A DNA stretch of 64,000 nt from Lingula anatina. Lineage: Eukaryota > Animalia > Brachiopoda. The number at the start of each line of letters is the position of its first letter. Position 1 is the first letter of the stretch. A program made the position numbers and the translations under genes. The stretch is from contig CM120642.1 in NCBI GenBank assembly GCA_051362555.1, positions 16,988,001 through 17,052,000 of the forward strand, given 5' to 3'. Under the pieces are notes generated by a model that saw only the letters and a program-made list of their open reading frames with translations, made no database searches and was not told the DNA's origin. This document shows, one piece after another, positions 40,974 to 52,377 of the stretch.

Positions 40974-43900
40974 CGCTTTCTCGTGTACTGCAGCAGAAAT
41001 AATAACTTGAACCTTCGATCGTGACACATGTGAAGTGTAGTTTTTTCAGAGCTGAAATCCCCTTAATAAACATAATAATCAGACTGTAATTAACATCTTT
41101 TTATCTCTCTCCCTCTCTCTCTCTTTAAGGGGGTTCTTTTACTGAAAATTTAGACCTTTTGTCATGAAAACTTTGTTTATCTAGATCAAATTAACCTAGA
41201 GTGGACCTTTTCCCAGCAAAAGGGGGGTTCGAAAGAACCCCTCGAACTCCTCCCCCCGGGCAACCGGCCTGCAAATCAGTATGTCATTGCTTAAGACAAG
41301 TAAGTTAGTAACCCTCGTGATTATCACCCGTAAAATTGGTAACCATGTTATTACTAGTAGTTACCATTGTGGACACTATTTGTAAATAGAGTTTCAAAGG
41401 CAAGATCCGAGAAATACCTGTTAATAGACGCGTATTTGTACAGCTGAAAGGCAGAGAGGTTTATGCACAATTCCAGCTGAATACAGTCGAACGGATAACG
41501 CAGCATTATTTATGGACCCACTAGTGCGAAGCAAACGCGTGTAATTACGGGTAGCACATTAAGTATCTCTTTTAATGAAGAAGGACATTTTTTCACTTGG
41601 CGTTCAGGTATGGCGGCTGGGTGGCCGGAAACTTCTTTAAATTTTATATCGCCTCTCTCTCTCTCTGAATGGGTGTTAAAAACAAACATAATACACAAAG
41701 CTAACTATCATTTTTCTACCGTCGATTTTTGTCTCCAGTAATCTTGTTATTTGTCATCATAAGTGTTGACCGTTATAATTTATAGATATAAATGGAGTAG
41801 ATAAAGAATTTAACAGAGTGAGTGTATTACAATTCTTTGCAAACGTATCACAGGCCTTTTTGTTAATTCATATTCATGTAGGATATAACCATGGAAGAGG
41901 AAGAGAGCCTGGAGAGAGAATTCGCTACAGGTACAACAGCGCATGGATTCTCCCGAGCGGCAGAGACCAAAAGTATTTTCCGCCGATCAGCTTGGATTCT
42001 GCTCATCTTGGGCGGCCTCGGTATGGCGACCTGGATGATTTCCCTACGAGTTATCAATTATTTTCAATATGATACTTCTACGGAGATTACTCTTACCTTT
42101 GAGCCCAGGATGGCTTTTCCTGCGGTGACTATCTGTAATTTTAACAGGTAAGTGCAGAACTTAAATATCAAAGAGCAGCATGAGTCAGAGAAGAATTAGA
42201 TCAGCTGTGTCATAAGAATAAAGTAATTTTTTCGCCAATCAACAGCTAAATATTGAAACTGTTTACCAACAACATTCAGTTGTTGATTGGAAAAAAAAGA
42301 AAAATCACTTTATTATTGTTCCTCCTAATAATCTATTTGACTTAATAATTTTAAATAAGTTGTCCAAGTTTTGATGGTTGTACAATAGGCGTGAGCTGGA
42401 GGAGTGAACTGGCCTTTCTATACGATTACTAATAAAAGAAAAAAAAGGTTGAATATATATTTTTATTTCTCGTCAAAATTCTAAAAATGAGAGTTTGTCT
42501 TACGCCATTGTTTCCCTTCCTCACAGTAATTATGTTGTATAAAATCATATACGCGAACCCATGAACAAAATTTTTTTGGCAACAGGTACATGAGAAGAAA
42601 CCTAAATGCTGAAGACTACGCCATCATCAGTTTGACAGAGGATGTTTACTCTGGCTACGACAGCGGTTACTCCTATGGACAATATTACTACAATTACTAT
42701 TATGACTATTCAGGGGACGGGGAATCTTCTCCGAGCACCACAACTCAGCCTACAAACAGTAACTTTAACGAGAGCTGGGCGAATATTTCCGCGAGTTACC
42801 CAAACGGATTTGACTTTGGCAATTTCACTTTGGAGAAAGGGTGGAAACTGGACAATATTTCCGTCCTGGAATGCACGTTTAAAGGAATAAAGTGCAACTT
42901 AAAGAAGGACTTTATCCACACCTTCTCCACATATGGGAACTGCTATACGTACAACCCCTCTCTGAACAGCAACAGGTCCCGGTATCAGGATCAGCCTGGG
43001 CTGGGAAACGGCTTGCATTTAACGATTGATGTGGAACAGGTTGGTGGTAGTAGTAGTAGAGTAGTAGTAGTAGAAGAAGTAGTAGTAGTAGGCCCCTAGC
43101 CGGGGGGTTCGGGGGTTCGAAAGAACCGCCCTTTTTCTCAGGAAAAGGTCCATTCTGGGCAAAATTTGATCTAGATCACAAAGGTTTTATTGAAAAAGGT
43201 CCACTTTTTCAGAAAAAGACCCTCCCCCCTTTTGAAATTGCCAGCTACGGGCCTGTAGTAGTAGTAATTTATTTCCGTGAATGTGTAGCAACACAAACAA
43301 ATAAAGGTAATTCACAATCTAAAAGCACACAAAATACACAGACCTTATAACCCAGGTGCTACTTATAAATAACCTATCCATGTAGGTACTATGAATACGC
43401 TTTGTACACTAAGTCTACAACAAAAACTAAGGGTCCTTCACACAGCTCATGTACACTGTTAAAGTTGAATTAAAGGTACATGTATGTAGATTGAACTTAT
43501 ATATCTCTAATTTACGGCGGTTCGAAATGTTTGATTGCGCGTTTCAAATTCTTGCCAAATGGACATACCAAGGGATGTTATGTGACCGTGTCGATATGCT
43601 GATCACTGAAGCCGGTCCATTTAGCCAAGCTTCAGTAAAGATCGAGGGCAACCTCGAGCCGCTATCCAGAAATATCTCGCTTCACTCGACATTTCTGCGT
43701 AGCGTCTCTCGGAAAAATTGGATTTAAAATCGATGTAGTCTCGAATTTCACGACTGCATCTTGGTTAAATCAGTCGAGGTCTCTAAAATGCTGAAAGCCG
43801 AAGACAGAGCTTTGCATGCAACCTTCTTGGCATCAAGAGAATAGAGAGAACGAATAAAGTAATTCATCATTCAACAGGTTTTAGTCTAAATCTGGATACT

Positions 43901-46900
43901 AGTGGATCGGATTGAAAAAAATCGAAAGGAAACATCAATATTAAGTTAACAGTGTAATAATATTTTACATAATTAAACCGACTTTTGTTTTATTTGTTAA
44001 CAGAGCGAGTACACGGAGAGTTTACCTGACGGTAGCGCGCAAACAGGGGTCATATTCCAGGTCCATCCTCAGTGGGAGCCGCCTTTGGTGGAGTCCAAGG
44101 GCCTGGGCGCCTCACCTGGCTTCCACGCCTTCGGGGCGTTGAAACGACAGGAGGTAAGCTATAGCCTGAGACTGGGTACCCATAAACCTGTCGTACTAGC
44201 AGGCTCGATCTAACTCTAAGGGGATTCTCACTCAGTTGCATTCAGTTTAAGCCGCTTAAATGTCTGGCACGCCCATTGAAGCTGTTAGGGGGGTTATTAA
44301 CTTTCGTGCACGGTTAAACAAAATGCAATTTATCGAGAAACCCTCGGAAATATATCGATCCTGCCAGTACAATATGGTATGGGAAGGGTCCCTAGGCCAT
44401 ATCTTCTCCTAACGTTCAATATTTTTCTGTCTAATGAGTTTTTACTCCGATTAAATGAAGGAGCCGTCAAAACAGGATACCTTTCGGCTATTGGTCATAG
44501 CGCTGTCGTAGACATTAGATGTATATGGACACAAAAGACAATTTTAAAAAATCACGAATATTGGTGAAAGCGTGGTATATCCCACCTTAACTAAAACTAA
44601 TCCTTGCTGAGTTTAAAAAAAGTAATTTCCATTTCCTTTCTAGGAATAATAATAATAATTATAAAAATAATGATAAATATTTCAGACTGTCAATATAGAA
44701 CCTCCGTGGGGAAAATGCAACAAGTCACTAACGCTCCTCCACTTTGACCAGTATACGTTTTCGGGGTGTATCATAGAATGTAAGCTTCAAAAGATAGAGA
44801 CAGAGTGTGGCTGCAAACCAGTGCAGTATCCAGGTAGGTCTACACTAGATAGAGACAGAGAGTGGGTGTAAACCAGTGCAGTATCCAGGTAGGTCTACAC
44901 TAGATAGAGACAGAGTGTGGGTGTAAACCAGTGGCGTATCCAGGTAGGTCTACACTAGATAGAGACAGAGTGTGGGTGTAAACCAGTGCAGTATCCAGGT
45001 AGGTCTACACTAGATAGAGACAGAGTGTGGGTGTAAACCAGTGCAGTATCCAGGTAGGTCTACACTAGATAGAGACAGAGTGTGGGTGTAAACCAGTGGC
45101 GTATCCAGGTAGGTCTACACTAGATAGAGACAGAGTGTGGGTGTAAACCAGTGCAGTATCCAGGTAGGTCTACACTAGATAGAGACAGAGTGTGGGTGTA
45201 AACCAGTCCAATATCGATCCAGGTAGATGTACACTAGAACCAAATGCTTGGACGGCTAGTACGGCTGAAAAACACCATGCAATACTGATTGAAAAATATC
45301 GATCAGAAAAGTTGCAAAATATTCCGTGGTTATGGACTATCAAAACTACCTCGTTTTAAATCATCTGGCACAATTTGTAAATCGGGATCGGTATTCTTAC
45401 CCTAAACAACACCGAGAGCTATAGAGATTCCTGGAAACGGAAGAGGTATGCTTATACATGTGGTAGAAAGGTATAAATTTCTCAAATTCAGGATGTCTTC
45501 TAAAGCACTACCAAAAGACAAAAAAAAATGGTATTGGTGGTAGTGGTGGTGGTGGTGGTGGTGGTGGGTGGGTGGGTGGGTGGGGGGGGGGGGAGTTACA
45601 GTGCGGCATGGTTTCTGTGGCAATTAAATAGCTCTCTGGCCCCCTGCGAAAATTTGTCTCATTTAACACTCACTTACGGTTCTCAATCTATCCTAGAACA
45701 TAATGTTTTTTGTCTTTTAATGAAATATAATCTTAACCTCCAGATTTACATACAAGCAGCTCCAGCTGTTACTTTGCAACGAGGAAGTAATGCATGCTAA
45801 CAATAAAATTCAGAGCATGGAAATTAATTGGTGACTTTGATGTCTTTGAAATTACATTTGCAACAACACAGTCAATTGTCTCAGCTGCAAACTGGTAAAA
45901 AGCGTCTGATTTGAGTGGGCGCAACGAATGTCAATAATGTGTAATTGATTACTAATTTGACAGGGCAACTTCAAACTACTTTTTTTCTTTCCAGGAACAT
46001 ACCGTATCTGTGATCCAGCTGAAATGATGTATTGTGTGAAACCATTGTTAAGTAAGTACACTCCTTGGGAAAAATGACAAATATTGTTTTGTCAAACAAT
46101 AAGTTATCAATGGCGGTATTAAGAAGAAAAAGATCACGTTTCTATCCGAAAATTTAACAATTGATTCCCTGTGTTTTTCTGTCGTTTTCAACAAGTTCAA
46201 AAATTATACAAATCACTGATATATGATGTTGACAACACGATTTTCATGGTAATCCAGTCAGTTGCGAAACACGACTGTGTTTTATTTGTAATACTGTACA
46301 GAATTTTGCAAAATTCTTGCACATAATATAGCATGCATGTACTGGCATTCGTACGTTACAGGTCAGTTGTGTTATAGATGTCTCACAGAACTTGGATCCA
46401 AGCAGTGGCGGATTTAGGGGGAAGGGGAAGGGGGTCCCTTCGATTTCTGAAAAAAATCACACCGATGGTCCCCTCTTGAAATTAGAATTTTCACTAGCTG
46501 AATCATAGTTCTAAACCGTACCAAATGGCACCTCTCGCCCTCTAAAATTCCAAACATTTTCTGGGCCCACTGAAGCTTATGGGGCACTGAACACCACACC
46601 AAGGGGGTGGGGTGGGCCGGTTGGCTTTGCATCGGCGACATGTCATTCCTAAAAACCGCCCCCCTTCTATTAATCCTGGATCCGCCTCTGTCCGAGGGTA
46701 AAAAAAGTAGAAACATCAAATTACTTGACAAACCACCACTTTTACAACATCATATCATAAAAAATGTATGCTGTATATAACAAGGCATGTTCACCACATC
46801 TCTGAGCATGTTTCAGAAACCATCAATCAGGCATTCTCAGACCACTGCCACATGTGCACGGTACCATGCAACAGCACGCAGTACAACGTGCAGCTCTCCT

Positions 46901-48405
46901 ACACAACCATTCCGAATAACAACATAGAATCGGCTTTTGCTACGAAATACAATCTGCCCACTGGTAGCAACTACATAAAGTAAGGGGCCATTCCCAGACC
47001 TTGTCGTACTAACTGTGGATCGATCTATCTTCAAATGGGTTCTTGCTAAATTGCAATCAACTTAAGCGGCTTAGATGTCTGTCACGCCTACAGAAGCTAC
47101 TATCGTTATCATCGTTTAGCAGCTGTAGTAGGCGTGCCAACATCTAAGCCGCTTAAGCTGAAAGCAATGTAGCGAGAAACGCCTTGGAGATGGATCGATC
47201 CTGTTAGATCGATCTAGTATGGGAACCCAATCTATGTCTCTTTCTTTTATTTGTTTCATATGTTGGTAGTTTTCAATGTGCATCTACATATACTTGTATA
47301 TGTTATTTGTACGTGTACCAAAAACTTGACAATGTTATATTATATTATATTATATTATATTATATTATATTATATTATATTATATTATATTATATATCGT
47401 GATAATATCGTGCATTATTACTATTACGCACAATAGCCTCTAAAGCTTTCTCGTATAATAAACTGCACAGTAGTTTTTTAAATGCAATCCATCTATGAAG
47501 GTGATGAAATAAAAATTCCAGATTGGCTCATTTTTTATTTTTTGAAAATCAGGGACAACATCGTGGCCCTTGACATCTATTATGAAGAGCTTAATCTTGA
47601 GACAATGGAGCAAAAGAAAGCTGTGGAAGAATCCGGGCTTCTCAGTAAGTTTTTTAAAAGTCCAATGTGGAGCGACATTTTCTATTCATGTCATTACCCT
47701 TACCTACCGACGCTTTGACATGACAGCGTGCATAAGATTTTTTTGCTGGAAACTTGTTTTCGCATGAAAGGGAACAAATTTTATTGAGGGAAGGGGTGGG
47801 ACATTCATGGGAAAAATAGCGGGGAGCCCTGGGAAGGGGAATTCCCCTTCCCCTCCTTGCTTCCGCCTCTTATGACTGATGAGGTTGAACAAGCTACCGG
47901 TGTAACGAAACTAAATGTCCGTGTAACAGAAAGTCCGCCCTCCATATAGTTATAATGGTTAGGGTTAGCCTGACCTACACTGTAAGTGGGTCAAAATCTA
48001 GGGCAAGGCACACCTGTACGAATAAATGGGAAGCGGACTCGTCTTGGGGGACTCTGTCACGTTACACCGGTACTCGGGGAGCCCCCTATGCCTGTAAAAC
48101 CTAAACTTAATGATTAAAAAAACCCGCTTTAGTTGAAGTAAAATATTAGTGATGTTAAGCGCCTTTTGCGTATAAAAAGTACCTTCTGCAGCCGTATCTT
48201 TCATGCGAACGGTGCAGTATATTATTCATCATTGAAGGATGTCTTCACAATTACTGATTTCCCCATTTTTACAGGCGATATCGGAGGACAGCTTGGATTA
48301 TTTATGGGATTCAGCGCCTTGACCTTTCTGGAATTTTTTGAATACATTATTTTAAAATTCCGAAGGATAACCCAAAGGAAGAAACGGATCAAACCTCTAG
48401 CGTAA
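36750..48405 (+). CDS. DEG/ENaC (ASIC-like) amiloride-sensitive cation channel subunit, ~510 aa
   Basis: Core exons 41882-42147, 42586-43039, 44004-44153, 44686-44833, 45995-46051, 46817-46979, 47553-47644, 48275-48405, all GT-AG and in phase. Candidate phase-0 first exons are 36750-36824 and 39789-39872/39881. Motifs: pre-TM1 TTAHG; TM1; [10 protein letters not shown]; YGNCYTYN; GLGNGL; PPWGKC; CGCKP; Cys-rich thumb; YEELN; TM2 [22 protein letters not shown]. Confidence 0.95.
37244..37810 (+). mobile_element. 3' fragment of a non-LTR retrotransposon (CR1/L2-group-like)
   Basis: Removing the MITE restores [42 protein letters not shown]. This is the typical C-terminal RLSxHxLxIETGR...RxC.C...E.H..C zinc-binding tail, and it is followed by an AATAAA-containing 3' end. 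Confidence 0.8.
37254..37479. mobile_element. Family-A MITE inserted into a LINE fragment
   Basis: TAA|GGGTGCATTCCCAGAG ... TGGGAATGGGGTC|TAA. Confidence 0.9.
43089..43255. mobile_element. Family-C element in a DEG/ENaC intron
   Basis: TAGGCCCCTAGCC ... AGCTACGGGCCTG inserted in a (TAG)n tract; internal sequence is shared with 35361-35566. Confidence 0.8.
44170..44392. mobile_element. Family-A MITE
   Basis: GACTGGGTACCCATA ... TATGGGAAGGGTCCC, 16 nt downstream of the donor at 44154. Confidence 0.85.
44792..45238 (+). repeat. 8 x 55-bp minisatellite spanning a DEG/ENaC exon-intron junction
   Basis: The unit AGATAGAGACAGAGTGTGGGTGTAAACCAGTGCAGTATCCAG|GTAGGTCTACACT starts at 44792, 44847, 44902, 44957, 45012, 45067, 45122 and 45177. 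Confidence 0.97.
46403..46690. mobile_element. Non-autonomous element, CAGTGGCGGAT-type TIR, 6-bp TSD
   Basis: TCCAAG|CAGTGGCGGATTTAG ... CTGGATCCGCCTCTG|TCCGAG (TSD matches 5/6). Confidence 0.8.
46984..47232. mobile_element. Family-A MITE inserted inside a 5' splice site
   Basis: The exon ends at 46979 and the intron reads G-TAA|GGGGCCATTCCCAG ... TGGGAACCCAATC|TAT-GTC. Confidence 0.88.
47897..48070. mobile_element. Small TA-flanked TIR element with an internal telomere-like motif
   Basis: TA|CCGGTGTAACG ... CGTTACACCGG|TA, with internal ggttagggttag. Confidence 0.75.
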
Positions 48406-50039
48406 AGTAATATGCGCAACAGTAGCTAGCAGACGTTGACACAATGGGGAGTGGGGACATATATTTACAGTCAATCATGTAATTATTTGAAATATGAAAC
48501 TGAAAACGATCAAAAATCCTTCCATAACACATATTAATTAAGCATTTGGCTATGTCAGTTCCAGTTTGCATGGTTTTTATGGATGCCACTTCAAAGAATG
48601 AAAGTGTCAGACAAAATACAGACCATCATATCCACGTGAAAAAACATCTAATGGCACCAAAATGCATTTAATGGGGGAATACAATGCCAATACACAAACG
48701 ATCACGCACATCTGAACCAAGACACATGATGGCACGACCAGCCATGGCGTGAAGATGAACAATTATCCATCACAACATCCCTGAAATATGAATGACTGAC
48801 GATACCTGGAGACAAAATGTTTTCCAGTAGATCACTGTGGGAAAAACAGGAATGCTCTCCGTGCCGGTGAATGAACAGGAATGGAAGTCCGCTAGGAACC
48901 GTGGTCCGCTTCCCATTGCTTTGTACAGGTGACATTCGTCCCATATACCGTGCTAACCCCAATACTCCAATTAACCCTATAACCTGTACTAATCATATGA
49001 GACCCCGGACTTCTATCTCTAGGACTTTTATTCCTCTTACACCGGGAATGTAACTACATGTATTTGGAAAGGCACCCACAATTACGGAGCTTCTAATAAA
49101 ACCCATACCTGTTATACACTAAATATTGTTGGCTTCTTGAAGATAGCTACTTCCTTAAATTATATTCCCACATAATTTAACAATCTTGATCGAAGTTTAG
49201 CACCTTGTATGGCTTAAGGCACATTTCACTAATGATGAAGGAAAAAATTATTGTATATGCTTTAAAGAAATAAGTTTAATAAGTAAAATAATATTAAACG
49301 CCAGTGCATCTGGTTGACAGGTCCAGTCTTCTCACGAGATTCCAATTTTGATAGCAAGGATAAAGAGTGCCAAGTCATGTAGCCAAGATGGTATGCAAAT
49401 ATGTTTTTAAAACAACGGATGAAAGCTGTCATATGTACACTTTTAGCAGAAAAAAATGATGATACGACACAAAATAGTTTTTTTTTGCTATTTGGATGCA
49501 ATATGACATGATAATTATTTGATCAGGCTGGCGTGCTTAAAAGAAACTATTCCTTTAGTCCTCTGAATCATTTAGAAGTTAAGCGAAACATCTCAATGGC
49601 GTTTATATTGGCAGTGCACAAAACAGGAATTTAACCCCGTTTTATGGTAGTGCAGTGGCAGACCATCTCCCTTCTCCCTGATACCATCAGGAATCAGGGG
49701 CATCGCTTTTGAACTGTGGTCGGCCATATTCAGTTGGCGGATCAGTAAGTACTCGGATCATCTATTTCAAATGGGGCCTTTGATGAAATAGTGCACATTG
49801 TTTCACAGCATTTATTTCACCACCAAATTTTGATAATGATGCACAAAGTAAGTTATTTTGTAATTTTTCATGCAATTTTATATGATTCTTAACACCAACA
49901 TCAATGACAAGTTTTATCAAGATAAAGCTCAATCAAATTAAATGGTAGCTATGGATGTTTCTGCTATGGTTGTAAAGAAATAGGAGTTAATAAATAGCAA
50001 AGTGCATTTTACATGCATGTTGAAAAGTAGGGCAAACGT

Positions 50040-50370
50040 CAAATTCAAGGTCATATTAAGATGCCCAATTGCTTCATATTCAAGTTCAATAGTAAATGTG
50101 GGTGTATCTCTGACAGATATACAGGCTGGAAAATGTGCAAAGTACAGTTTATGGTGAAGAGTAGGTAGAAGGACAAATTTAAGGTCACATGAAGCTTGAC
50201 AACATGACTTCCTATTGAAGTTTAACAATAACTATGGGAATATCTCTGCCAGTTTTGATATATTACAGCCAAAAAATCTGCAAAGTACAGTTCATGAAGG
50301 AAAGCAGGTCAAAGATTTTATTCAAGGTCACATTAAGATTGCCAAAATATGACTTTTTATTCAAGTATCT
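50040..50370 (+). repeat. Degenerate ~140-bp tandem repeat (2-3 units)
   Basis: aaggtca(t/c)at recurs at ~50046, ~50181 and ~50324. tatctctg..ag and tgcaaagtacagtt(t/c)atg recur with the same spacing. Confidence 0.65.
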
Positions 50371-51435
50371 ACTGGCGTCTTTTCTAGTTGGTATATTTCA
50401 CATTTTCTAGTTGGTATATTTCACATTTTTATAAATTTTCAGCATTGAGCATTACTTTTTGAATTAATGCACAAATTAACCATATGGAAAACAGAAAAAA
50501 AATCCAGTGTTGCACTTGACAATGTCTACAAATTGCTATAAACAAGGTCTCTGGCTTTTATGGTTCAAGAAAACAGACTTTTCAGTTTTGCTACCTAATG
50601 GTTGCTTCTCCAGTAAAAATGCACCAATTGACCACAGACTCAGAGAGAAGACCCCAAGTGTAACTTCCCACCATAATATTAAAGCAAATGAGCAAAAGCA
50701 ATTTCCACATACAATAATTTTTTTATAAAATTTTGGCCCATTTGAGCTTGAAGATCAAAGGCCAAATCTTATGTCATATTCAAAATCTCCAGATATGACA
50801 TTTTGACAAGTTTCTTGAGTAACTTTTCCCATTAGTCCTTTGGTTTGGGAGGTATTTAGCATTTCATTTTAAAAAATTTGCTGAGAAAAAAAAATAAAAT
50901 AAAAACAGCACGACTTTTGGAAAAAGGCTCCATCAAGCTGACTTTCAAATTTGATGTGAATTTAATGCATATTCATCAGTTCTGTAACTTTGAAGACAAA
51001 AGGTAAAACAGTTTTCTTTTTATTTGTATAACACTAAAACTGCATGGCAAGGACTGCTGACGACAAAGACATATTACGGTAATAAATATATGCAGACACT
51101 TCTATTTCTGTACGTAAAAATGTCTGATTATAGAGGGAAAATTTGTACATGGTGCAAAACTTTTGCACATAAGCAATAACAGACATGAAAAGGTAGTGTT
51201 TGACCCCACTTAAATCATAAGAAATAATCACATCTAGTTGTTTATCATACTAAGCTGACATTTCTAAAGAAGATAAATCGCATTCATCAGAAAAAATTAA
51301 AGAAGTAACATGGTTTAGCTGTTATGGGGTAAAGTGACATCTTTTGTTTCAGTATCCCAGTATCCCATGTTTCATAGAACAAATGAGGACCATCAATGGG
51401 GTTAATATATCTCCTCAGAACACTCCAAGTATGAT

Positions 51436-52377
51436 TCACTGTCTATATAAATACTTTCTAATAATACCAATTAATAACATGGACCACAGATCTCCTTCCT
51501 GAAAATAATCCTTCATTCTGAAGTGATCTAACTGGTGTACTGTCCAACTGTCTTCAACCCCTTTGGTCATCTCTCTTCTGAATAAGTAGTTTAAGCAGTA
51601 ATTGTTCTCCAATTGAAACTTTTTCTTTAGCTGTTCTATTACAGAGGGCATATCTTCATGTTCACGTATATTTTCCATGCAATACTTCATGCCTTCTTGA
51701 AATCCGTGTCCACCATGAAATCCACTCATGATGTCTACTACGAACCGCTGCTGCCCACCTTTCTCCCCTGGCATCATAAGTCCTGTCCAGCATGTGTAAG
51801 TATTTATTATATCCCCTTCCTCAACAGCAAGAAATTTCCGGTCTGAATCACTGAGATATTGATAGTTTTCTTTTATTTTCATCACTGCCTCTTGATCAAC
51901 TATTCCACTAAGGCCGTCAAGGTCACCCTGAGACAATAGGTTAGATATCAAATAAACAGCCTCCATAGTCCCTTTTTGGAACTCCTCCCAAGTAAATTCT
52001 GGGTCGTAATGGCGAATCAAAGGTCCATGGGCAACACGACTTTTTATTTCCGTGAATAACTTGGGTTTAAAACTGGGCTCCAAGTCCATAAGGTTAAGTT
52101 TGTTTTTGCTTTTACTTGCACTGCTGCCATAATACCGCACTGAGCTAGACTGGGACCATATTGGAAGACTTGAAATATAGGCTCCAAAAGAGACGCCTGC
52201 TGACATGCGAGCGACTCCATGTTTTCTGGCCCTTGTTGAAATTGCTGGCAGACAGTCCGTAGACTTATTATTCAGTGAATGATAAGCTGATCGAATTGAA
52301 AAGGATTTCCTTGCATCAAAAGACACAAATCTGCCGTGAGGCCGCAAAGACTTAACAATACTGAAGTAGCCTACCAT
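51436..52377 (-). CDS. MAIP1: m-AAA protease-interacting protein 1, mitochondrial (MAIP1/C2orf47-like), single coding exon
   Basis: Intact 313-aa ORF. It has an Arg/Ser-rich presequence-like N-terminus poor in acidic residues, followed by LMDLEP..LIRHYDPEFTWEEFQKGTMEAVYLISNLLSQGDLDGLSGIVD and YCLNYLFRREMTKGVEDSWTV, which are characteristic of MAIP1. Confidence 0.88.
   Translation of the reverse strand: MVGYFSIVKSLRPHGRFVSFDARKSFSIRSAYHSLNNKSTDCLPAISTRARKHGVARMSAGVSFGAYISSLPIWSQSSSVRYYGSSASKSKNKLNLMDLEPSFKPKLFTEIKSRVAHGPLIRHYDPEFTWEEFQKGTMEAVYLISNLLSQGDLDGLSGIVDQEAVMKIKENYQYLSDSDRKFLAVEEGDIINTYTCWTGLMMPGEKGGQQRFVVDIMSGFHGGHGFQEGMKYCMENIREHEDMPSVIEQLKKKFQLENNYCLNYLFRREMTKGVEDSWTVHQLDHFRMKDYFQEGDLWSMLLIGIIRKYLYRQ

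Noticed and set aside
40748-41073. ORFs rich in HT/SL/CV/RE dipeptides or poly-G/K/F (also 3184-3409, 11387-11836, 34687-34995, 59939-60307)
   Set aside because: They are translations of microsatellites and homopolymer runs.
44792-45238. Regular repeat array superficially like CRISPR
   Set aside because: Units are contiguous with no unique spacers, there are no cas genes, and the unit derives from a eukaryotic exon-intron junction.
48700-49060. Possible decayed LINE 3' end downstream of the channel gene
   Set aside because: Only faint motif echoes; not supportable without an alignment.
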